This document shows, one piece after another, positions 51,450-64,000 of a stretch of 64,000 bases of DNA. Each line of letters begins with the position of its first letter. Positions within the stretch are counted from its first letter, which is position 1. Source of the stretch: the human T2T-CHM13v2.0 reference genome, Homo sapiens; NCBI RefSeq assembly GCF_009914755.1, contig NC_060944.1, one strand, 5' to 3'. A program made the position numbers and the translations under genes. Under the pieces are notes generated by a model that was not told where the DNA came from, did no database searches, and saw nothing but the letters and a program-made list of their open reading frames with translations.

Positions 51450-51990
51450 AGACTGGTCCTCAGGGAAGCTGTCTGCCTGAAAAATCACAACTACTGCACC
51501 TACAGATAAGTTCTGAACAGATAAGCATGCAGGTCCAGCACACATGCCTTCTGTTCTTTGTGTAATTGGCAAGCTTCCAGGTAAAATTTTCCTCCCTTTT
51601 TCAGGCATATACATGGCGGCTTCTGTGGGAACTTGCACAGGGAGGAGGGGGGCTTACCTAAAACAAACCCACAGTTATACAAACAGGAGAAGCCCACTTT
51701 TTGCTTGACTAGAGACATACCCACAGCTGGATATATAAAGGGAATTGTGCAGACAGTTTTATATATAGCTGAGAGGAGTTTCTTATAAAAGCTTTTTGAT
51801 TCAACTGTAAAAATGGCAATCCACTTGGACCCCCTTGTCTACTGCAGAGAGCTTCCTCCTTTTGCTAATTAAACTTTCACTCCAACCTCATCTGTGTGTC
51901 CCTGTCCCTTAATCATCTTGATGGTGACATGAAGAACTCCAGGTGATACCTCACAAGAGAGACTGCTACATTGTGGTGCATTGGCGAGAC
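51450..51990 (+). mobile_element. ERV1 (MER4-group) LTR followed by a PBS-like start of internal sequence
   Basis: gcagagagcttcctcctttt...attaaactttcactccaacctc...gactgctaca|ttgtggtgcattggc. Confidence 0.6.
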
Positions 51991-52502
51991 TGCAACTTTA
52001 AGAAGTGTGACTTTTATTGCTGCTGAATTATTTTATCTCCTACCCAATTGAAAATAAAGGATATAAAGTGCTTAGGTTGAACACAAAGTCCTCTGCTCTA
52101 GGTAACATCTTCAGCAACCACATTAGCAGAGGGATGGGTGGTAATGGTGGAGTAAATGTCTCTTTGCTTCTGACAGGGTGTCTGCTTATGTGTTAAACAA
52201 AATAGTATGGTATATATTTCATTAAGAAATCAGCTAAAAAATGAAATAAAACAGGTTCATGTTCTTAAGAGGCACAGTATTTGCTACGGCAGCAAGACCA
52301 AAAGGCTTAAGTAACAAAAATGTGCATAGTAGTTACAAACATTTTCATCTAAACAAAACAAGGTGAGCATCCGTATATGACAATAACTCATGCAAAAAAT
52401 ATTTTTTAGCTGAGATTGAAATCATTTTATACATAACAAATGTTATCACTGTATTCTCAGGTAATATATTGTTTTTATATAGATGTTATAAATAATAAGT
52501 TA

Positions 52503-54886
<2,384 letters not shown>

Positions 54887-55195
54887 TAGAAGTTGTACTG
54901 CTGAAAACAAGATCTACTAATAAAAAAATTTCAGGAAACCTAGTGTGATTGCTTTTAATAGAAATGGACATTTAATACAGCTCTCTTGTTTTTTCTTTTG
55001 GAAATATATGACAAGATGGAATTTCTGGGTGTTTGGTATCTGAATATTTAAGTATAGCAGGTATGGTCAGTTTTTCAAAGGCATTTTACCATCTTACTTG
55101 TCCATGGGCAACTCATAAGATATTATGTGGGACAATGTCCTCTTCAACAACCTGCAGTATCAGTCCTTGTAACGTTTGTCAATTAAACGGGTGTC

Positions 55196-55493
55196 TTTTT
55201 TTTGTTTTTCTTTTTGAGACAGTCTTACCCTGTCACCCAGGCTGTAGTGCTGTGGCATGATCTTAGCTGACTGCAGTCTTTGCCTTCCAGGTTCAAGTGA
55301 TTCTCCTGCCTTGGCCTCTCAAGTAGCTGGGACTACAGGTGCCCCCTACCGCACGCAGCTAATTTTTGTATGTTTAGTAGAGACAGGGTTTCACCATGTT
55401 GGCCAGGCTGTTCTCAATCCTGACCTCAGATGGTTCACCGGTCTCAGCCTCCCAAAGCGCTGGGATTACAGTCATGAGCCACCGCACTTGGCT
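55196..55493 (-). mobile_element. AluS
   Basis: Antisense Alu. Confidence 0.9.
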
Positions 55494-55529
55494 GGGTTTT
55501 CTTTCTCTCTTTCTCTCTCTCTCTCTCTC

Positions 55530-55608
55530 TACTTTAAGTTCTGAGGTAAATGTGCAGAACATGCAGGTTTGTTACACAGGTATACATGTGTCATGGTGGT
55601 TTGCTGCA
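55530..55608 (-). mobile_element. L1PA 3'-end fragment
   Basis: actttaagttctg...tgtgcagaacatgcaggtttgttacacaggtatacatgtg. Confidence 0.85.
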
Positions 55609-56439
55609 AAATGGGTGTAGGTTTTGCAGGTAATTATTATATTATTAAAAGATAACAGAATACCTAGCTAAAAAAAAAAAAAAAAAAAAAAAAAACACGA
55701 GGAGGCATTGATGGGAACTTGTTTACTGAGCACATCCTGACTCCAGAATTAAAAATCCAATTTATGCCTCTGCAATCCAATAAAATTTTTCCTTAAGAAT
55801 CCAGAGATCAGACTTTCATTTCAGCAACCACTCCAATATGGTTTCTCACCTATTCACTCCAACGAAGCTGTTCCTATCAAAACATAAGTGCTATCCATAT
55901 TGTTAAATTATAAATTGAATCATAACTCCTCAGCCTTCATTTTAATTTATATATCAGCAGCATTTCACACAGTTGATCTCCACCTTCTCTTTGTAAAACT
56001 TTTTTTATAGAATTCCAGAACACTTAACCTGATTTCCCCCCACCACATTTTTGATAATTACCCCTAGTCCTTTTTTGCAGGTTTCATCTTTACTGTTTTT
56101 TAAATGTTAGAGGACCATTAGGCTCAGGACTTTGACTTCTTATCTTTCTTATCTTTGCTTTCTTACTAATTTTTGTGTCATTAATTTCCTGATATTTCAT
56201 GTTACACCTAAACACTGGACACTACACCCAACATTCCCTGACTTATCCATGTGGATGTCAGTTAGAAATCTCAAAATTAATATGTCTATATGGAGCCACT
56301 GAAACTCCCCAAATTTGCTCTTCCCCATTCTGTTTAATGGCAACTCCCATTTTATAATTTCTCAGCTCAATATTCTTGGTGTCCCCTTTTAATTCTGTCT
56401 TTGTAGCTCTGTCACTCTCTTTCTGTATCTGTCTGATTC

Positions 56440-56545
56440 TCTCCCTCTCTCTCCTCTCTCTCTTGCTCACTCTCATTCTTGCTCTCTCTTCCTGCTTCAC
56501 ACACACACAAACACACACAGACACACACACACACACACACACACA
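56440..56545. repeat. (CT)n/(CA)n compound microsatellite within L2-like sequence
   Basis: Direct reading. Confidence 0.85.
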
Positions 56546-58267
56546 ATTTTTAGATCTGATGTGTATGGAATTCCTGCCAGCTTTACCTTTAAAGTGTAGT
56601 AATTCCAAATGTTGTTTCAAATTCACCTTCCCACCCCCACCACTTGGTAACTATAGCGCTTCCCTCACAAGGCCAAATGCACAGATTTCTTGGGGAAATA
56701 ATGAGAACTATTATACATTCTTATTTCAAGGACCCTTAAAATTATAGGATTGCCATATTTGATACGAATTTAAGCTTCTGTCATTGCCCTTTTTTCAATC
56801 CATTCTCCACACAGCTACCACAGTGTGCAAGTAGAAGTCTCAGCCATATCACCACACTCCTGCTTTAATGTCCCTACTCCATTGCTTCTTTTCTCCTTCA
56901 GAAGAGTTTAAGCTTAATGAAGCTGGGCAACTTTACATATTTTTCCATGAGATGAGATCACTTGGTGTAAGGTAAACGATCAGTAAATATTTTCAAATAA
57001 CAGAATCCACGAATAATAGTTTTGTTTCTTTGAGAGTATATTGACTTTTAAAAATCAAGAAAATAGATTGGTCAAGAGAATTCTGCTTGTTTTGATTTTG
57101 TTATCACTCGATTAGATTAACTGTGTTAGTATAAATGTCAGGATGGAAAGCTATAAGCATTTCCTAAACTTTAAAATGAAAGGCATGGAATTTAAATATC
57201 TGCTCCTTTTATTCGAGCAACCAAAAAACACAACTTTTTAAATATATTTTACGTATGTATGAAATCTAAATTTATTTTTCTGTCTTTATCCCTGAATACT
57301 TTTTAAAGTTATTCATGTCCTCATTATTTTTTAATCCACTTCAGTAACATTTCAAAATATATTTTCGACTTCATTAAGAATATCTTTGTGTTCCACTGAA
57401 TAGCTTGCCAAATAATAAAACATTAGCAGTATAATTTCCTCATAAACATTATTTAATTTGCTTGATTAAACATAGATTTCCTACTCTCAACTCATAATTT
57501 CCTTCAAGTATAATACTTGAATTTGCAGGGTTTTCATACCATACTACTTGACATCTGCGGGGTTTTCATACCATGCATTTGTCATTGAAATTGGTTTTTG
57601 ATATTTGAACCACTAGTTTATAATTGTCTTGTTGGTTAGACTGGTCTGTAGAATCTTTCTTCGTTTTGATTCTGTGGTTTATTCATTACGGAGTAGCTGT
57701 GCTACTGTAAATTTTGAGGTCAAAAGCTTAAAACATTTTATGTATTTTAAAATAAAGTGGATGGCATTTAAATATGTATTCCTTAAAATTTGGAAGAAAT
57801 TTTAAGGAATTTCTTCCTTAAAGAAACCCAGAGCCTGTATTTCTAGATTAGTAGCATGTAGATAATTTCAATTTCTTCTAAAGTTGAAAAAAATAAACAT
57901 TTTGTATTCATAGAATGATAACAGAAGGTAAATATTTAATTTTCACTTGAAAGAAATTTGGTTACATTGAAAGGAAATTTGGCTAATATAAGTTAGATAC
58001 ATTTCTAATTAAAAGAATAATTTAAGATAAATAATGCTCAAAGAACAGTGGTCACTGCATTTATTCCAGAGAGAGGACATTTATCCTGATCTGGCTGTAA
58101 TAACGTAGTAGGTAGAACTGCTGGCGTGGACACCCAAGCAAGGAAGGGAAGCTGGTGTCCCAAGGGGTCCCACTGAGATGGAAAGTGGTCAGGGCCCAGA
58201 CTGTTGACGTCACCTGGACCCAACCACAATGTCTCAGAAGAAGAAGTGACCCTCCCCTCCTGGTAGA

Positions 58268-58760
58268 CTCTGACAGAGTCTACCAAAATGAGAAGGAACC
58301 AGAAAACCAACCCTGGTAATCTGACAAAACAAGACTCTTCAACACCCCCCAAAAATTCACACCAGTTCATCACCAATGGATCCAAACAAAGAAGAAATCA
58401 CTGATTTATCTGAAAAAGAATTCAGGTTAGTTATTAAGCTAATCAGGGAGGGGCCAGAGAAAGGTGAAGCCCAATGCAAGAAAATCCAAAAAATGATACA
58501 ATTAGTGAAGGGAGAAACATTCAAGGAAATAGATAGCTTAAATAAAAATAAAAATTAAAAAAATTAAAAATCAGGAAACTTTGGACACACTTTTAGAAAT
58601 GTGAAATGCTCTGGAAAGTCTCAGCAATAGAATTGAACAAGCAGAAGAAAGAAATTCAGAATTCGAAGAAAGATGTTTGATTTAACCCAATCCAATAAAG
58701 ACAAAGAAAAAAGAATAAGAAAATATGAGCAAAGCCTCCAAGGAGTCTGGCTTTCTGTTA
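58268..58760 (+). mobile_element. L1P (L1PB-like) ORF1 5' fragment
   Basis: atgagaaggaaccagaaaaccaacc, MDPNKEEITDLSEKEFRL, gagcaaagcctccaaggagtctgg. Confidence 0.85.
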
Positions 58761-59574
58761 AAGGATGGTGGTGGCAACCGTGGTGGCATCCAAGGAAGCA
58801 GCAGTTCTCCTCTCCCTGGAGTCCACACTCCAGAGAGTGACCTCCTCTTGCTCATACTGGAGCATGACAGGTACACAGTGTTTCCGTGGGAATCCTGAGC
58901 ATGGCAGAGCCCCCACACCTGCGGTACTTCCTGGGCCCTTGCACTCTGGGTCTATGCCACAGAGACAGCCTGGCACCCCCAGATATGAAGTAGCAGCCAC
59001 CACAGGGGACAGTGTCCTGTGTGTGGAGGCATCTGGAATGGGAATTGGCACCTGGGTGTGGACAGTTGGGTGGGTCTGAGTTTCTGCTGCTCCTGCTCCC
59101 CCAGGAGTGCAGCCCGGGTGGGCCCAGAAGTTCCTGTGGAGTGGGAAGCCGGATGCTGTGGTGTCTCCAGCACCCACCCTAGGCCCCAGTTCCTGGACAG
59201 CTTTGGCCAAAAGGAGAGGCTGGACTTTGGAGGGTGGGTGTGAGTCCCTTTGCTGAAACCGGTCCCTGCCACCCAGCGGCTGGCATGACAAAGTGAAGCT
59301 CTGACGCTACCACCCCTTGCATCTTCCTCTAGGCTTTTCTGGCTTTACCTGCCCAGGTGCTCCATGCCAGGGAGAGGAGGAGACACCTGCCATATGCTGG
59401 AGGATGGAGCCTGGGACACCGTTGCTCACCTTGCTGTGAGTTCATGGTGGTGACAGACACTACAGCACGCCAGAGTGGTAGGAGGGCAGGCAGCGGCTGC
59501 AACCAGGGTAGGAGCAGGCCTGCAGCAGTGGCCAGGTGGTAGGAGCCTTGTAGGGAGGGCTGGTGCATTGGCAT

Positions 59575-62500
59575 TCGGCCTGGTCCTGCCCTGCCCCTGC
59601 CCTGCCTCTGCCGTGGACCTTGCCCTGCGCTGCCCTGCCCTGCCCTGGACTTGCCCTACAGTTATCTGGCCTGTCTTGGCTCTGCCCTGCCCTGGCCCCA
59701 CCCTGGCCCTGTTTTGGCCCTGTGTTACCATGTCCCTGCCCTGTCCCTGCCCTAGCACTGGCCCTTACCTGGTTCAGGCCCTGGCCCTGCCTCTGCCCTG
59801 GGCCTTCCCTGAACCTGTGTTGGCCCGGCCTTGGCACTGGCCCTGTCCCTGCTCCTGACCCTGGTCCTGCCATGGCCCTGGTGCTGCCAATGGTCATGGT
59901 CCTGGTCGTGTTCTGTACCTCACCTTGACTTGGACATGTCCTGACCCTGATTTGTCCCAGCTGTGCCTTGGCCTGTCTCTGCCATGGCCCTACCATGGCC
60001 CTGCCTGTTCTGCCCTCTCCCGGCAATGACCTTGCCCTGCCATGGCCCAGTGGTGCCATTGCCCTGCCTTACCCTGCCCTGGCTGTGCCCTGGCACTGCC
60101 TGGTGCTGGCCCTTCCTTGAGCCTGCCCTGACTCTACCTTGGCTTTTGCCCTGCCCTCACTATAGCCTGACCCTGGCCCTGACTCTGTCCTGGTCCTGCC
60201 ATATCTCTGGCCCTGGCCCTGCTGTTATCCAGGCCCTGCCCCTGCCCTGGCCCTTCCCTGGATTTGACCAGGCACTGCCATGGCCCGCTCCTGCCATTCC
60301 CAAGCCCTACTCTGCCCTGGTACTGCCATGGCCCTGCCTGGGCCCTGGCCCTGCCTTGACCCTGGACCTACCCTGACCCTGCCTCACCCCTGGAACTACC
60401 CTGACCCTGCTTTGATGTTGGCCCTTCCCTCTCTATGGCCTGGCTCTGGCCCTGCCTTGCACAGGACATGATCTGCCCTGTGCGTCCCAGCCTGGGCCCA
60501 GCCCTGGTCCTACCATATTCCTTGCCCTGGCCATACCCTTGTCCTGGCCCTGACCCTGCCCTGGCTCTGTCCTGGCCCTTCCTTGGTCCTGCCCTGCCCT
60601 TCCATGTCCCAAGCTTGCCCTTGCCCTGCATTGTCCCTGAGCTGGCCCTGGCCCTGCCTTCTCCCTGGTCTTGTGCTGGCCCTGGCCCTACCCTGGCCTG
60701 ACCCCAGGCCTACTCTGTCCATTACAGGGCACAGGACCTGCCTTGCCATCCTCTGTCCTGGCCCTGTATTGTCCCCACCATTCCCTGGTCCAGCACTTGC
60801 CCTGGTCCAGCAGTTGCCCTGGCCCTGTTTCTAGTCCTGCCCCTGTTATGACCCTGCCCTGCTTTTGGCCATGCCCTATGCTACCCTAGCCCTGCCCTGG
60901 CCTGGCCTTGCCCTTCCCAGGCCTTGCCCTTCCCTGGTTTTGTCCTACTCTGGCCTTTTCCTACCCTGGCCTTGCCCTGCCCTGGCCTTGCCCTACCCTG
61001 GCCTTGGCTTTGCTTTGTCCTGGTCCTGGTTCTGGCCTGGCCCTGCCCTTGCTCTGGACCCTCCCTGGTTCTACCTTCTCCCTGGCCCTGCCCTTGCTCT
61101 GGCCCTGTCCATGGCCCAGCCTTGATCCTGGCCCAGTCCCTGACCCTGTGTTGGTCCTGGCCAGGCCCTGGCAATGCCCAGGCCCCACACTGACCATGCC
61201 TTGGCCCTGGCCCCTCCTCGGCCCTGCCCTGCCCTGTCCCTTCCTTGGCCCTATGCTATCCTAGTCCTGCCCTGGCCCTGACCTTGCCCTGGCCCTAAGC
61301 TCACCCTATCCTTTCCCTGCCCTACCCTGGCCTTGCCCTGCCCTGGCCTTGTCTTTGGCCTGCCCTGGCTCTGGTTCTGTCCTGGCTATGCCTTTGTTCT
61401 GGTCCCTCCCTGGCATTCTTTTTCCTTAGTCCTTCTCTGGCCTTGCCCTATCCCTGGCCCCTTTCTGGTCCTGCCACGTTTCTGGCTCTGCCCTGTCGAT
61501 GTCCCTAACCTGGCTCTGGCCCTGGACTTCCCTGTCCCTGCCCTGCCATCTCCTGTCCTGGTCTGTGCTCTACACTGGCCCTGCCCTGCCTTGGCCCTGT
61601 GCTACCCTAGCCCTGGGCCTGCCATGGCCCTGGTCCTGACCTGGCCCTGTCCCAAGCCCCAGCCCTGCCATATCCCTGCCCTGGCCCTGGTTCTGCCCTG
61701 CTTCTGGCACTGTCCTGGCCCTGGTTTTGGTCCTGTCATGTCCCTGGGTGTAACCCTGCCCTGGTTTTTCCCTGGCCATGACCCTGCCCTGGTTTTGCCC
61801 TGGCCTTGGCCCTGTCCCGGTTCTGGTCCTGCCCTGGCCCAGCCCTAACTGGGCACTGCACTACCCTGGCCCTGCCCTGCCCAATGATGCCCATGCCGGG
61901 TCCCTGCCTTGGCCCTGGCCCTGACTTGGCTATGCCCATGGCCCTGCCCCTGCTCCTGCCATGGCCCTTACCCTGCCACTGGTCCTGCCATAGCCCTGAC
62001 CCTGACTTGGCTCTGGTCCTGACCTGGCTCTGGCCCTGTCCTGGCTCTGGCACTGCCTTGACCCTGCCCTGCTTCTACCTGCCCTGGCCTTTTCTTGGCC
62101 CTGTGCTACTCTGGCCCTTCTATGCCGTGGCACTGCCTCTGCCTTGGCCCTGCTCTGGGCTTGGCCTTGGCCTTTGGCCTGGCCCTGCCCTGGACCTGCC
62201 TTACTGTTACCTGGCCTGTCCTGGCCCTGCTCTACCCTGGCCCTGGCCTCGTACTGGCCCTTCTGTGACCCTGGCCCTGGCCCTGCCTCTGCTCTGGACC
62301 TTCCCTTAACCTTCGCTGGCCCTGCCTTGGCTCTGGCCCTGCCCCTTGTCCTGACCCTGGTTCTTCCAATGGTCATGGTCCTGGTCCTGTTATGGCTCTG
62401 ACCTGGCTTTGGTCATATCCTGGCCTTGATTTATCCCGACCCTGCCTTGGCCCATTCCTGCCCTGGCCCCAGCATGGCCCTGCCTGTTCTGCTCTCCCCT

Positions 62501-64000
62501 GGCACTGACCTCACTCTGCCATGGCCCAGTGGTGCCATTGCCCTGCCTTACCCTGCCCTGGTTGTGCCCTGGCCCTGCCTGTGCTGGACCCTCCCTGGAC
62601 CTGCCGTGACCCTGTCTTAGTTTTTGCCCTGCCCTCACTATGGCCTGGCTCTGACCCTGTCCTGGCCCTGCCCTTATCCAGGCCCTGCACCTGCCGCTGC
62701 CCTGGCCCTGCCAAGGACCTGCCCTGGCTCTGCCATGGTCCTGGTTGTGCCACGAACCTGCACTGTCCTTGCCCGTGTTTTGCTTCGGCCCCGAACCTGG
62801 TCCTGCTCCTGCCATGGCCTTGGCCCTGGCCCTGGCTGTTCCCTGGCCCTGCCCTGGTCTTGGCCCTGTCCTGGCCCTACCCTAGCTTTGACCCAGCCCT
62901 TGCCCTACCTTGGCCCTCACCCTAGGCTTACCTGTGCCCTGTTTCTAGTCCTGCCCCTGTTGCCCTGCTTGTGGCCATGCCCTATGCTACCCTAGCTCTA
63001 CCTTGCCCTGACCCTGATCTGGCCCTGTCCCTACCCTGGCCTTGCCCTACCCCTGGCCTTGTCCTACCCTGGCCCTACCCTGGCTTTGTCCTACCCTGAC
63101 CTTTTCCTACCCTGGCCTTGCCCTGGCCTTGGCTTTGCCTTGTTCTGGTCCTGGTTCTGTCCTGGCCCTGCCCTTGCTCTGGACCCTCCCTGGTTCTGCC
63201 TTCTCCTGGCCCTGCCCTAGCTCTGGCCCTGTCCATGGCCCAGCCTTGACCGTTGCCCGGTCCCTGGCCCTGTGTTGGTCCTGGCCTGGCCCTGGCCCTG
63301 ACAATGCCCAAACCCCACACTGGCCATGCCTTGGCCCTAGCCCTGCCTTGGCCCTGTGCTATCCTAGTTCTGCCCTGGCCCTGGCCCTGACCTCACCCTG
63401 GCCCTGGCCCTGACCTCGCCCTGGCCCTGACCTTGCCCTGGCCCTACCCTTACCCTACCCTGGCCCTGCCCTGCCCTGGCCTTGCCCTGCCCTGACCCTG
63501 CCACTGCCCTGGACCTTCCTTGAACCTGTGCTGACCCTGCCTTGGTTCTGGCCCTGCCCCTTGTCCTGACCCTGGTCCTGCCATGGCCCTGGTCCTGCCA
63601 GTGGTCATGGTCTTAGTCTTGTTATAGCCCTGACCTGGCCTTGGTCCTGTCCTGGCCCTGATTTGTCCTGGCCCTGCCTTTTCCTCTTCCTGCCCTGGCC
63701 CTACCATGGCCCTGCCTGTTCTGCCCTCTCCTGGCACTGACCTTGCCCTGTCATGGCCCAGTGGTGCCATTGCCCTGCCTTACCCTGCACTGGTTTTGCC
63801 CTGGCCCTGCCTGGCACTGTCCCCTCCCTGGACCTGCCTTGACCCTGCCTTGGCTTTTGCCCTGCCCTCACTATGGCCTGGCTCTGACCCTGTCCTGGCC
63901 CAGTCCAAGCCCTGACCCTCACCTTAGTGCTGCCATGCCCCTGCCACTGCCCTGGTCCTGGCCTGGAACCTGGCCCTGCCAAGGACCTGCCCTGACTCTG
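59575..64000. repeat. GC-rich, strand-skewed (CCCTG/CCCTGG)n degenerate array with higher-order blocks; runs off the window end
   Basis: Continuous gccctg/gccctgg/accctg units; distinctive blocks recur at 60041, 62520 and 63752. Confidence 0.92.

Noticed and set aside
55085-55190. Possible snoRNA-like remnant
   Set aside because: Only vague resemblance; no convincing box motifs or recalled match.
57514-57575. ~33-bp tandem duplication (tacttga...gggttttcataccat)
   Set aside because: Ordinary two-copy slippage with no associated feature.
58758-59560. Assignment to TEKT4, GRAMD4 or RARRES2 pseudogenes
   Set aside because: Only weak short similarities such as LDAT; a name cannot be supported without a search.
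59426-63982. Many overlapping Pro/Leu/Ala or Gly/Gln/Arg ORFs
   Set aside because: Artefacts of the CCCTG(G) repeat; open in most frames.

Overview
Human or great-ape nuclear DNA that looks like a pericentromeric/acrocentric segmental-duplication mosaic. No intact protein-coding gene is supported, and most ORF-track entries come from Alu, L1 or satellite sequence. In order: 3' part of a SOWAHC (ANKRD57) pseudogene; a young L1PA truncated at both ends; an intron-containing ASNS fragment (exons 2-3, minus strand); a ~9 kb SATR1/SATR2-like quasi-palindromic satellite containing a ~2.9 kb rearranged old NUMT (12S, CYTB sliver, COX1, tRNAs Y/C/N/A with OL, COX3, tRNA-Gly, ND3); an Alu/LTR/L1-rich block with two tandem copies of the first coding exon of GTF2I carrying expanded EDEES repeats; a ~6.8 kb divergent 18-bp satellite with orientation switches and an MSTA insertion; an unprocessed CDRT15/CDRT15L2/C2orf27-family pseudogene; a 2 kb purine-pyrimidine-alternating VNTR; an unidentified minus-strand gene remnant; and a >4.4 kb (CCCTG/CCCTGG)n array with higher-order structure. 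I found no new functional system. The most interesting signals are mechanistic or evolutionary: the NUMT sits at a satellite hairpin apex with templated junction inserts, the 18-mer satellite is related to the CDRT15 exon, and the duplicated GTF2I exons show in-frame acidic-repeat expansion. Gene and repeat names come from recalled reference sequences, not database searches, and repeat boundaries are approximate.
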